IMG/VR virus record: IMGVR_UViG_3300006931_000002
Location: 51,478-115,477 of that record
Source of the DNA: a virus
Length of the DNA stretch: 64,000 nucleotides
Direction: 5' to 3' (one strand)
Shown: positions 28,299 through 37,373 of the stretch, in pieces
How the letters are laid out: each line of letters opens with the position of its first letter
Numbering within the stretch: position 1 is the first letter of the stretch
The notes under the pieces: model-generated
Databases searched by the model: none
What the model was told of the DNA's origin: nothing
Seen by the model: the letters and a program-made list of their open reading frames with translations, nothing else
Translations under genes and position numbers: made by a program

Positions 28299-28834
28299 GT
28301 TTGCCTACTCCAGACGCGGCGCCGCGTCCCCTGCCGACCGGTCCCGGCAAGTGCCTGAGCTGTCCGGCCATCGTCCCTGACCGTGGCGTCGACCCGCTGT
28401 GTCGTGACTGTAAGGATGAATGGGCCGCGGAGGCATCGGAGGACAGACCACCTCGCGCGAACTACCTCAACGTGCTCGCCTTGTGGCATCTGAACAACGC
28501 CGCCCCGGCAGTGGAGGCCGCGTTCGGCTCGACACCCTACTTGGTGGGGTCCTGTCTGGACCGCGCGGACTTCCGCGACGTCGACATCCGGGTCCTGTTG
28601 GACGACGACGACTTCGACCGGCTGTTCCCCGGCGTCGACGAGGGGGAGGCCGACCCTCTGTGGTCGCTGCTGTGTGCTACCACGTCGGCCTGGCTTGGTG
28701 GCCTGACCGGACTCCCGGTCGACTTCCAGGTCCAGAGACGCGATCTTGCCAATGCGCGCTATCCGAAACGCCCGCGGCATCCCCTCGGAGTGGTCGGGCT
28801 GTACGCGGGTGGGGGTGATTCCGGTGTCCGCTGA
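28295..28834 (+). CDS. Minimal Pol-beta-type nucleotidyltransferase
   Basis: YLVGS..RDVDIRV..PVDFQVQ (GS-DxD-D). Confidence 0.7.
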   Translation: MSLPTPDAAPRPLPTGPGKCLSCPAIVPDRGVDPLCRDCKDEWAAEASEDRPPRANYLNVLALWHLNNAAPAVEAAFGSTPYLVGSCLDRADFRDVDIRVLLDDDDFDRLFPGVDEGEADPLWSLLCATTSAWLGGLTGLPVDFQVQRRDLANARYPKRPRHPLGVVGLYAGGGDSGVR

Positions 28835-29054
28835 CCCGCCACCTCCTTGGGGCCGTGCCTCGTGGGCTCGCCCTCGTGGGCTGTGCTCTGCCTGTGCTAC
28901 CTCCCGGGCTCTCACCCAGGAAGGCCTCATCCACTGGCACAACGCCCCGGGTGGTCATGGCCGTGGATGGCGTCCGGACGGGATAACGCCGGGCGCGACC
29001 TGTGTAGGGGCTGGACGCCCACCACATGTAGAGGCCAAGGGGGAGGCGCCGTGA
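28824..29054 (+). CDS. Small hypothetical protein
   Basis: CSAC..G.I..H..C.G.GRPP. Confidence 0.55.
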   Translation: MSADPPPPWGRASWARPRGLCSACATSRALTQEGLIHWHNAPGGHGRGWRPDGITPGATCVGAGRPPHVEAKGEAP

Positions 29055-29353
29055 ACGAGCGCGACGAGGCGACGTTGCGGAACCTTCCGCAGATCCTCGA
29101 AGGCATCCTGATCTTGCACCGGGCCACCAACCCCAATCCATACGCCGAACTTGACATCCGAGTAGAAGACGGCCCGCTCGCCGGGCAGGTCATCCACAAC
29201 GACGGCTCGTACTGGCAGGGCGACTACTGGCATCCCGAGGTCGACGGGATCGGGCACCGCTACGTCCTCGGAACCCGGCTGGCCGGCGGTCGTGAGCCTG
29301 AGCCGTTGTGGTTCTACAAGGGCGTGCGACCAGACGACGGCCGGACGATCTGA
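29051..29353 (+). CDS. Hypothetical protein
   Basis: GGAGG RBS, coupled. Confidence 0.65.
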   Translation: MNERDEATLRNLPQILEGILILHRATNPNPYAELDIRVEDGPLAGQVIHNDGSYWQGDYWHPEVDGIGHRYVLGTRLAGGREPEPLWFYKGVRPDDGRTI

Positions 29354-29465
29354 CCAATATCGGCTTTTGCAAAACAGGCACCGGGTTAGGAGTTCGGGCC
29401 CGACTCCCCCACCAACATCGACTAGCGATATCCGTAAATTCCCAGTACCAGGGGAGCGATCTTCA

Positions 29466-30488
29466 ATGGACCTTGAACAGGCCGGTGGCGGAGCACTCGT
29501 ACCCGTGGCGACATCCCTCGCCGAGATCCACGAGGCGCTCGACGAGCAGGCGAGGGCGTACGCCGCGCGATCGATCACGGCCAGTACTCGGCGGGCCTAC
29601 GAAACGGATTGGTCACTGTTCGTTGACTGGTGTGCGCGGCAGCACTTTCAGCCGCTACCTGCCACGCCCGAGACCGTCTACCGATACATCGCAGACCTAG
29701 CTGCTGGCACGACCGGCGGCCAACCCATGAAGACGTCAACCATTCTGCGGCGCGTCTCATCGATCTCCGTTATCCACAAGTCCGCCGGCTACAACTCCCC
29801 CACCGCCGACCGTGCCGTGCAGACAGTCCTCAAAGGTGTCAAGCGACGCCCAGGCCGGGAGCACCGCCCGGTTGCCAAGACCGCGGCAACCACAGCGATC
29901 GTTCGCCGCATCGTGGCCGGCATCGGTACCGAGACGCCCGTGGACATCCGTGACCGGGCGATCATCCTTATCGGATTTCCCAGCGCGCTCCGACGGTCCG
30001 AACTCACAGCACTCGACATCCCGGATCTCGTTGACTCGGGTGGCGAACTGCTGGTCTACATCGCGTCGTCGAAGACCGACCAGGAGGGCGAAGGCCTATG
30101 GCTTGGCATCCCGTCGGGCAGTCGAGCTGAGACCGACCCTGTACGGGCGTGGAACGCATGGCGCGAACTCGCCGCTGCGGCAGGTGACCCTGACGGCCCG
30201 GCGTTCCGCCCGGTCGGCCGCTCAGGGAAGGTCCTCCCCCGGCGCCTTTCGGATCAGTCCGTCGCGCTCATCGTGAAGCGCCGCGCGCTCGCGGCAGGGC
30301 TGAGCGCCGACGAGTTCGCCGCCCACTCTCTACGCTCTGGGTTCGCCACAAGCGCCGCAGAAGCGGGCGCCGAAGAACGAGAGATCATGCGCCAAGGCCG
30401 GTGGCGGTCAGTCCAGATGGCCCGTCGCTATGTCCAGCGCGGGAAGGCGCTCGACAAGAACAACCCGGCGCGGAAGCTCGGCCTTTAG
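29466..30488 (+). CDS. Cre-like tyrosine recombinase, catalytic residues intact
   Basis: STRRAYETDW, LRRSEL, SSKTDQ, AHSLRSGF, GRW, RRY. Confidence 0.92.
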   Translation: MDLEQAGGGALVPVATSLAEIHEALDEQARAYAARSITASTRRAYETDWSLFVDWCARQHFQPLPATPETVYRYIADLAAGTTGGQPMKTSTILRRVSSISVIHKSAGYNSPTADRAVQTVLKGVKRRPGREHRPVAKTAATTAIVRRIVAGIGTETPVDIRDRAIILIGFPSALRRSELTALDIPDLVDSGGELLVYIASSKTDQEGEGLWLGIPSGSRAETDPVRAWNAWRELAAAAGDPDGPAFRPVGRSGKVLPRRLSDQSVALIVKRRALAAGLSADEFAAHSLRSGFATSAAEAGAEEREIMRQGRWRSVQMARRYVQRGKALDKNNPARKLGL

Positions 30489-30535
30489 GTATGTCGCACC
30501 CGCCTGACCAGCGAATCTAGTCGTATAATCAACCT

Positions 30536-31165
30536 ATGCCGCAATGTGGCCGCACGAATCGCGAACGGACCGGCAGGTGTACGGAAGAGTGTGCGCGCGC
30601 GAGTCGTGGATCTCCTCCGACATACATCGCGCCTGCCTGCGCCATGCACATGAACGCAACAGAGTTGCGCGCGCTCGTAGCGGCCGAGAAGAGTGCCACC
30701 GTCGCGAGGCGAGCCCACGAACGCGAACGTCGCATTGCCGCGCGTCTCGCTGGATGGCCCCAGCCGCCCGATCCGGCCTGCTGGTCATGGGAGATAACAG
30801 CCGAAGACCGTGAAGAGGTAGCCCGGCTCGGTGTGGACGCACTTGCCCGTTGGCAGGTCGACCAGTGTGGCGCATGCGGCGACTGGAGCACCTGGGTTGA
30901 GGACCACGATCATGAGACGGGTTACACGCGCGGCATGCTCTGCCGGAGATGCAACGGAATAGAACCCGGAGCCGAGCCGGGAAGCCTGCTCCACAAATGG
31001 CGCACGCGCTCAGCCGCGACACTGTTCGGACTGTCGGAGACGTACATCGACCCATTCACCCGTCACGCTGGACCAACTCGGCCGCGGGCGACAGACCTCA
31101 CCCGGCACCCCACCTACGCAATCACGAGCCTCATCGGCGCACAGACCACCCCGGAGACCCGATGA
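30536..31165 (+). CDS. Endonuclease VII-domain protein
   Basis: CGACG..EDHDHETGYTRGMLCRRCN; TATAAT 30524-30529 lies 6 nt before ATG (leaderless). Confidence 0.85.
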   Translation: MPQCGRTNRERTGRCTEECARASRGSPPTYIAPACAMHMNATELRALVAAEKSATVARRAHERERRIAARLAGWPQPPDPACWSWEITAEDREEVARLGVDALARWQVDQCGACGDWSTWVEDHDHETGYTRGMLCRRCNGIEPGAEPGSLLHKWRTRSAATLFGLSETYIDPFTRHAGPTRPRATDLTRHPTYAITSLIGAQTTPETR

Positions 31166-32052
31166 CCGCCAACGCCCTCTCAGAGGATCCCGAGGGTGCC
31201 GCACCCTGGCCGTCCATCCTCGACCAGTACCTCGCCAGGTATGCCCCGGCTACACGGTCGGGCTACAGTCGCGATCTGGCGGACTGGACCGAGTGGTGCG
31301 CCGACCTCGATGTTCCACCACTCGATGCCCAGCGCACCCACGTAGATCTGTGGGTCCGTCATCTCGCCGAGAACCTCGGCCGCGGGCAGTCAACCATCCA
31401 CCGCAAACTTGCTGCGGTTGCTGGCGCCTACCGGTGTGCCGTGGCCGAGACGCTCATTGAGGCCTCTCCCGTCGACCATGCCCGCCGTCCACACTTGGAC
31501 GATCAGTCGTCAACCGTGGGGCTGACGAGAGAGCAGGTTGCCAAGTTGCGGGCGGTCGCGAAGGCCGATGGACCACGGTCCCGTGCGCTCATCGATGTAC
31601 TTGTCTTCAACGGGCTCCAGATCTCGGAGGCCCTCTCGATACGAATCGAGGACGTGCAGGATGAGGGCGGCCACAAGGTGGCCACCATCGCACGAAGGGG
31701 TGGGCGGACGCGGCCCGCCCCCCTTGCACCGGTGGTCTTTGAGTCGTTCCAGCAGTGCGCTGCCGGACGTACCGAAGGTCCACTGTTTGGAGATCTCGAC
31801 CGACACAACGCCTACACGCTCGTGGTGCGCCTTGCCCGCCGCGCCGGGTTTCGCGTTACCCCGCAGGGACTTCGCTGCACTTGGGTGGTCCTCTCCCGTG
31901 AGGCCGGGGTCCCGTTGGAGGATGTGCAAGACGCCGCTGGCCATGCAGATCCGAGGACGACGCGTCGATACGACCGGGTGCGGCGCAGTCTTGAAAGTCA
32001 TCCAACATACGCGCTTGCAACGGTGCTCGATGAAGTCACACCCACCTCCTGA
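31162..32052 (+). CDS. XerC/D-like tyrosine recombinase with degenerate active site
   Basis: SAM-like N-domain; GLQISE (R>Q), RRGG (K>R), PQGLRC (H>Q); GHADPRTTRRY retained. Confidence 0.85.
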   Translation: MTANALSEDPEGAAPWPSILDQYLARYAPATRSGYSRDLADWTEWCADLDVPPLDAQRTHVDLWVRHLAENLGRGQSTIHRKLAAVAGAYRCAVAETLIEASPVDHARRPHLDDQSSTVGLTREQVAKLRAVAKADGPRSRALIDVLVFNGLQISEALSIRIEDVQDEGGHKVATIARRGGRTRPAPLAPVVFESFQQCAAGRTEGPLFGDLDRHNAYTLVVRLARRAGFRVTPQGLRCTWVVLSREAGVPLEDVQDAAGHADPRTTRRYDRVRRSLESHPTYALATVLDEVTPTS

Positions 32053-32083
32053 CCTGCACTGACGCCGCAATAGAATCGGGTCT

Positions 32084-32812
32084 GTGACGGTCCTCGACCC
32101 CGTGGCGGAAGAGATTCGCGGTCTGCTGTGGGACTTTTACCGCTCCTACAAGCCGACCGGCGACAACGACGACGGCGAGGACACGCCGCTCGCGTTCCGC
32201 CTGTACCACCAGTTCGGGACACCGCTACAGGGTGACGATGTGGCGATCCGGAAGGCGAAGCCGCACTCGCAGGCTCCGGGTGACATCCCGGCGTTGTCGT
32301 TGGCGGAGAAGGTCCGCGAAGAGGTCATCTACTGGGCTGGCAAGCTGCATCCGGTGCAGGGCTTCGGCAAGACGGAGCCAACCTTCGTCTGGGCGTTGGA
32401 GAACCTTGCCGACCTGTCGACGGGTCATCCGTTCGGCGAAGAGGTGCTGGCCGATTTCCGATCGCTACGCGCCCAAGCACTGATCATGTTGCGGTTTGAG
32501 CGTGCCCCGGTTCCGATCCGCTCCCCCGGTGCCCGCTGTGGGGTGTGCGGAAACAGAACACTGGTCCAGGACCCGAAGTCGGGAGACGTGTACTGCTCGA
32601 TGGGCGGCCCGGAGGGGTGCCACGATGATCAGCAGTGGCCTTCATGCCGCGCCCTGTGTTCGGGCTGCGCAGACCGGCGTGACCCTGCCTGCCCGGTCTG
32701 CTGGGGGCAGCTTCCGTTGGTGCTGTGCCGTCGTTCGGAACGGTCGATGCGCCATGCGTGGCGGGTCGGGCATGACCGTCTGCACGAGCTGACCCAGTGG
32801 GGGGCCGCATGA
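32084..32812 (+). CDS. Cys-rich hypothetical protein
   Basis: TAGAAT 32071-32076 before GTG; CGVCG..C motifs. Confidence 0.7.
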   Translation: MTVLDPVAEEIRGLLWDFYRSYKPTGDNDDGEDTPLAFRLYHQFGTPLQGDDVAIRKAKPHSQAPGDIPALSLAEKVREEVIYWAGKLHPVQGFGKTEPTFVWALENLADLSTGHPFGEEVLADFRSLRAQALIMLRFERAPVPIRSPGARCGVCGNRTLVQDPKSGDVYCSMGGPEGCHDDQQWPSCRALCSGCADRRDPACPVCWGQLPLVLCRRSERSMRHAWRVGHDRLHELTQWGAA

Positions 32813-33075
32813 TCGGCTGGTATGGCGGGCGGCCTCCGATCCCATCCGATCCGCCCCCTGCGCAGAGCGCGGGTGTAGCACCGAACGGTGAAGGCTGGTT
32901 CGATCCGTGTGTCCGCGACCACAACTTCCGGCGCCGCGGGCCACGCCCCGAGGTGGTCGCCGATCTGAACGGGCTGCTGGACCAGGTCGCGAAGATCCGT
33001 CTGGTTGAGATCGACCGCGACCCGCGCGGGGTGTTGTGGCGGTTCGCCGACGAGCCGAAGGTGGTCGCGGCGTGA
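32809..33075 (+). CDS. Hypothetical protein
   Basis: ATGA-coupled. Confidence 0.6.
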   Translation: MIGWYGGRPPIPSDPPPAQSAGVAPNGEGWFDPCVRDHNFRRRGPRPEVVADLNGLLDQVAKIRLVEIDRDPRGVLWRFADEPKVVAA

Positions 33076-33350
33076 GCGCCGAGGGCGACGAAACCTTTCC
33101 GGAGCCGATCGGCGACATCGTCGAGGGTCTGTGGCATTACGTTGAGGACAACGGGCTTGAGGACTGTAGCCCGGACCTCAGTGATCTGCTCTGGGATCAG
33201 TGGGTTGTCGCCGTGATCGCCTGCACTCACGGCAAGTATCGGGGTACGTCGCGCGGCTTCCACGGGTTCACCGAAGCCGTGTCAAAGGCCGCCGACAGGT
33301 TCCGTGAGAGCCACCCGCCGGCTGTGGAAGCCACGGCTTCTGACGTTTGA
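33072..33350 (+). CDS. Hypothetical protein
   Basis: GTGA-coupled. Confidence 0.6.
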   Translation: MSAEGDETFPEPIGDIVEGLWHYVEDNGLEDCSPDLSDLLWDQWVVAVIACTHGKYRGTSRGFHGFTEAVSKAADRFRESHPPAVEATASDV

Positions 33351-33413
33351 GGCGTAACATGTCGACAATTTCGGCGTAGAATTGATCTCCTAATCCTATT
33401 CCTTGGAGAATCT

Positions 33414-33740
33414 GTGGTCCAGAAGACGTTTACCGAACTGGTCGACGACCTCGACGGCGGTGCGGCCGACGAGACAGTCCGGTTCGGCCTCGACGGAGCC
33501 CTGTATGAGATCGACCTGTCCGAGCCGAACGCGACCGATCTACGGGAGACGCTGGCCCCGTTTGTCACGGCCGCCCGGCGGGTGAAGCGCGACGGCACAG
33601 CGGCCACTGGCCGCACCCGGTCGGCCGATCGGTCCGGGGAGATTCGCGGCTGGGCGCGTGCCAACGGGTACACAGTGTCGGACCGGGGCCGGATCTCGGC
33701 GACGGTGATTGAGGCGTTCGAGGCCGAGCAGGCAGCCTAG
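33414..33740 (+). CDS. lsr2: Lsr2 nucleoid-associated protein
   Basis: LVDDLDG..ETVRFGLDG..YEIDLS; IRGWARANGYTVSDRGRI. Confidence 0.95.
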   Translation: MVQKTFTELVDDLDGGAADETVRFGLDGALYEIDLSEPNATDLRETLAPFVTAARRVKRDGTAATGRTRSADRSGEIRGWARANGYTVSDRGRISATVIEAFEAEQAA

Positions 33741-33782
33741 CGAGGGAAGGACCGAACCCGACCAATGTTGAGGTGATGTCTG

Positions 33783-34112
33783 GTGAGCACTGACGACACC
33801 TACTGGGTTGACGGCAACCAGGTGTCCAAGGCGGAGTATGTCGCCGCCGAGCGTGCCGCCGGCTTCCGTAACACACTCGGCCAGCCTGACGAGCCTGCGA
33901 CAAGTTGGTGGCATGGCGTCGGGGCGGATGGCTTTCACCACTCGGGACACATGGGGTGGCTGCGCGGCTCTCCGCTGGACCTGAGCGGGCTCGGAATCCC
34001 GCAGACCACGTCGGTGGTCAACGCTGTGGAACCGCTGCCGGCCGGCAAGTCGACGCCCTCCCCGAAGCCGAAACCTGTCCGCCGTCGCTGGTGGAGAAGG
34101 AGACGCCGGTGA
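33783..34112 (+). CDS. Hypothetical protein
   Basis: YWVDG..YVAAERAAGF; coupled. Confidence 0.65.
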   Translation: MSTDDTYWVDGNQVSKAEYVAAERAAGFRNTLGQPDEPATSWWHGVGADGFHHSGHMGWLRGSPLDLSGLGIPQTTSVVNAVEPLPAGKSTPSPKPKPVRRRWWRRRRR

Positions 34113-34390
34113 CCATCGTCCTCGCGGTCGTCCTGACCGCCGCTGGTTTCGCGTTGGGCCGCCGCTCCGCCCGCCTGTCCCGTTCCGACACGACCACCGT
34201 CTATGCGGTCCGCACCGGGCGGGACCCCTACTACGTGGCGGTTCACCTGTTCCGAGACCGGGATGAGGCCGAACAGTTCCGCGACGCCCAGATCCCAGCG
34301 CAGTCCCACCGCGGGGATGGCGAACCGCTGCTGGAGACCTACCGGCTTCGGCCGGCAGGCGCTGCCGACCGGATCGAGGCTGGCCAATGA
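34109..34390 (+). CDS. Membrane-anchored protein
   Basis: AAGGAG RBS; N-terminal TM. Confidence 0.65.
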   Translation: MTIVLAVVLTAAGFALGRRSARLSRSDTTTVYAVRTGRDPYYVAVHLFRDRDEAEQFRDAQIPAQSHRGDGEPLLETYRLRPAGAADRIEAGQ

Positions 34391-34668
34391 GCAACGACAT
34401 CCGCCCGCCGATCCCCCAGTTCCACTGTGAGTGCTGCGGCCTGCCGCTGGTGTTCGAGAAGACCCGAGGTGTCGGCTACGTCTGCGAGCGCTGCAAGCTC
34501 CACTATGACGACGGCTGGCGGCTCGACTCGGCAGGACTTCGCCCTCAGCGGGACGTCGACCACGAGCTGATGTCTGCCGTCTGGTGGGCGCTGGTCGATG
34601 TCGAGTCCAACGGCCCGCTGGCCGACGCGATCCGAAAGGCGTTGCCTGATGGCCAAGCAGACCTTTGA
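34387..34668 (+). CDS. Zinc-ribbon protein
   Basis: CECC..CERC. Confidence 0.65.
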   Translation: MSNDIRPPIPQFHCECCGLPLVFEKTRGVGYVCERCKLHYDDGWRLDSAGLRPQRDVDHELMSAVWWALVDVESNGPLADAIRKALPDGQADL

Positions 34669-34999
34669 CCGCGCCGGCTTCTTCGCCGTCCTCGACGCCG
34701 AGCGGATGACCCGTGACCTGTCCTGGCGGCAGGTCGCCAAGGAAACCGGCATGTCCGCGTCGACGTTCACCCGGCTGCGTGACGGCCATGGGCCCGACCT
34801 GGACTCCTTGGGCGTGCTTTGCAACTGGATCGGCCTCGATCCGGGCGCCTTCTACCCCACCGTGAACCGGCTGGGGAAGTTTAGTCTGGGTTGGTTTGTC
34901 GCCGAACTCGCGGGCGACAACACCTTGTCTCCGACGGCCCGGACAGCAATCCGCAAGGTTGTTGTCGGTGTCTACGAGGCATTGAAGGAGCTGCCGTGA
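34649..34999 (+). CDS. XRE-family HTH protein
   Basis: LSWRQVAKETGMSASTFTRLRDG..LCNWIG. Confidence 0.85.
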   Translation: MAKQTFDRAGFFAVLDAERMTRDLSWRQVAKETGMSASTFTRLRDGHGPDLDSLGVLCNWIGLDPGAFYPTVNRLGKFSLGWFVAELAGDNTLSPTARTAIRKVVVGVYEALKELP

Positions 35000-35157
35000 A
35001 GGACTCCGATCTCCGCTGCATGCGCTGGCCGTTGGGCCTTCTCTGCCTCCTTGACTGTGCAGCCGGTGGCTGCCGCTGGCCTGCCATCTGCTGCCTGCAC
35101 AACCGGGTGTTCGCCGTCGCATGGCGGGTCGGCATGCACCGGGGGGTGGTCCGGTGA
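34996..35157 (+). CDS. Small Cys-rich protein
   Basis: AAGGAG RBS; coupled. Confidence 0.55.
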   Translation: MKDSDLRCMRWPLGLLCLLDCAAGGCRWPAICCLHNRVFAVAWRVGMHRGVVR

Positions 35158-35501
35158 CCGATGGCGGGGCAGTGACGCGCGGCCTTCACGACCTGGACTG
35201 GGTCATCACCCTCGACGGTGGACGGCTGCACCACGCCGTCCTGACCGACAGGCAGGCCGAAGACCTCGAATACGACGGCACGCTTGGCGTCGAAGTCCCC
35301 CACGACGGCCCGTTCCGCTTGGACTGCGGCCGACTGGTCGATGGCCTGTCGATCCCTGGGGTGTTCTCCCGGATGTCGCTACCCCGCTGCCGGCGGTGTT
35401 GCACGGTCAACGGGTTGCCGCAGGGCATCGGGAGCCCGAAGAACGACGGCGAGTGTCGGAAGATCCTCGGATTGGAGGACAGGGATGGGTCTTCTTCCTG
35501 A
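35154..35501 (+). CDS. Hypothetical protein
   Basis: RLH..CGR..IPG.FSRM..PRC..CC..G.GSPKND..C. Confidence 0.65.
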   Translation: MTDGGAVTRGLHDLDWVITLDGGRLHHAVLTDRQAEDLEYDGTLGVEVPHDGPFRLDCGRLVDGLSIPGVFSRMSLPRCRRCCTVNGLPQGIGSPKNDGECRKILGLEDRDGSSS

Positions 35502-35664
35502 ACAGCAGGACGACGACGATCCCTGCGCCCATGAGTGGGAGCGGTCTTGGGTACAGACCGACGACTTCTGCGGCGAGCACGACGGCCTGTACTGCCCGCT
35601 GTGCGTCACCTTCGTCGATCTGATGTTGGAGCCGGACCCGCGTAAGGCGGTAGACGATGCCTGA
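35485..35664 (+). CDS. Small zinc-ribbon protein
   Basis: CAHEW..YCPLC; GGAGG RBS. Confidence 0.6.
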   Translation: MGLLPEQQDDDDPCAHEWERSWVQTDDFCGEHDGLYCPLCVTFVDLMLEPDPRKAVDDA

Positions 35665-36187
35665 CGATCCGATCATCGTGTTCGTACTGGCCCGGCTCGC
35701 CGAGGAAGAGGCTGACGCGCGGGCGGCGATAGCCGCGTTCAGCAACCGTCGCCACCAAGATCAGGGTGCGTGGGCCGCCCTCGTCGACGAAAACGGCCCC
35801 GGCGTCGAACTGCTGAACTGGACCCCCTCGACCGAACCCCCCGAAACGCAGGTCGACGTGATGGGCGGCAAGTGGAGCCAGGTCGGCTACTGGGATACCG
35901 AATACGTCGGCTACGACGGCGAACACCTCGACGACTACGAGGACATCGTCAAACACATCGCCCGGCAGGATCCACGGGCCACACTCGCACGGGTGGCAGC
36001 GCTACGCGCCCTGGTGGGCGATCATCGCCCGCAGCGGTATCTACCGACCAGCCATCCGGCGTGGTTCGAGTGCTCGCGCTGCATCGCGCCGAAGGAAGAG
36101 CAGGAAGACTGGCCCTGCGACGTCGTCAAGGGTGTCGCCGCGATCTGGCGTTCGCATCCCGACTTCGACCCGGCGTGGCAGTCATGA
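35657..36187 (+). CDS. DUF6221-like protein
   Basis: FVLARLAEEE..HIARQDPRATLA..WPC..HPDFDPAW. Confidence 0.8.
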   Translation: MPDDPIIVFVLARLAEEEADARAAIAAFSNRRHQDQGAWAALVDENGPGVELLNWTPSTEPPETQVDVMGGKWSQVGYWDTEYVGYDGEHLDDYEDIVKHIARQDPRATLARVAALRALVGDHRPQRYLPTSHPAWFECSRCIAPKEEQEDWPCDVVKGVAAIWRSHPDFDPAWQS

Positions 36188-36387
36188 ACGGCCCCATGCT
36201 TGCCCGCTCGAAGCTGGCCACCGACGACCCGTACGACGAGCACTATCTGTACCACCCCCACCGTTCCCACGGCCGACGGAAGGCATGCGACTGCCGGGCA
36301 CGGGATGGCAGCTGGTGGCGTCGCCAGATGCGCCGCCGGGAGGGCCGGGCCTGGCGCCGCGAACAGAGAGGCGAAGACCAGCCGTGA
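36184..36387 (+). CDS. Small basic protein
   Basis: Coupled; RRREGRAWRRE. Confidence 0.6.
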   Translation: MNGPMLARSKLATDDPYDEHYLYHPHRSHGRRKACDCRARDGSWWRRQMRRREGRAWRREQRGEDQP

Positions 36388-36641
36388 AGATCGAACTGTT
36401 CGCCACCGTCCACGGCGGCGACAACGCCGGCTGGTATCAGCGCGACGTCGACTGGCCGGCGATCCCCCGTACGGGAGAGACCATCATCGCCACCGACAAC
36501 TGGCCCGGGGCGTTGACCGTCGACCATGTCGGCTACCTGTACGACGGCACCCCGGTAGTCCAGACCAAGCCAATCTCCGCGGAGCGGCCGATCGTGCCAA
36601 CGAACCTGGCGGACCACGGATGGGAGAAGTTGCCGTCGTGA
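36384..36641 (+). CDS. Hypothetical protein
   Basis: WPAIPRTGETI..VDHV; coupled. Confidence 0.65.
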   Translation: MKIELFATVHGGDNAGWYQRDVDWPAIPRTGETIIATDNWPGALTVDHVGYLYDGTPVVQTKPISAERPIVPTNLADHGWEKLPS

Positions 36642-36952
36642 CTGACGACCGGCACTGGTGTGAGCACTGCGGCGGATGGTTCGCTGTCGACCACTACGAC
36701 GACCTGATCGTGCCCGACGACGATGACAGTCCCTGTATGGGTGGCGGCCACAAGGTCGGAGTCGAGTACGGTCCGATCGGCCGGCTACTGGCCATCGAAG
36801 CTGCGGCGAAGGAACTGGCTGCCGCGACCGATCCCGAAGCGCTCGACGACGGCACCCTGGAGCCCTACTCGACCGCTTGGTACAGGCGCGACTGGATAGC
36901 GGAGGCCCACGGGAAGCTCGCCGGGCTGCTGGGCGTCGGTGCTGACGCTTGA
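36638..36952 (+). CDS. Hypothetical protein
   Basis: WCEHC; coupled. Confidence 0.65.
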   Translation: MTDDRHWCEHCGGWFAVDHYDDLIVPDDDDSPCMGGGHKVGVEYGPIGRLLAIEAAAKELAAATDPEALDDGTLEPYSTAWYRRDWIAEAHGKLAGLLGVGADA

Positions 36953-37015
36953 TTGGCCCTTTCGCTGCTCCCCTGCCCGTGACATCCTGTCTTCCCTGAT
37001 CTAGGGGGGACGCCC

Positions 37016-37303
37016 ATGATGGAGCCATACGGCCCGGACCGCCTGCCCGACGACACGGGACCCCTCGCGGCCTTCAACATCGACCTGATGACTATCGAGC
37101 AGCGCTTCGCCGCCGCCCTGCTGACAGAAGCCGTCCGCGACGCCGACGACGCGCTGTTCGACGACATGGCCCCAGGCAACCCGGACTGGGCCGAGATGAT
37201 GCGAGCCGTCCGCGAGGTGATGCTGACCATGAACGCCCTCCAACGGAAGGGTGCGGTGAAGGTCCTCAACGCGACGATCCAAGCCCTGCGAGACGTCGAC
37301 TAG
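37016..37303 (+). CDS. Hypothetical protein
   Basis: GGGGGA RBS. Confidence 0.65.
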   Translation: MMEPYGPDRLPDDTGPLAAFNIDLMTIEQRFAAALLTEAVRDADDALFDDMAPGNPDWAEMMRAVREVMLTMNALQRKGAVKVLNATIQALRDVD

Positions 37304-37373
37304 GACCCCACTTGACCTGCGCCGATCGCGATGTCCTATATTGGGCCTGCACCGCTATGCCCGGAGGTCGCCG

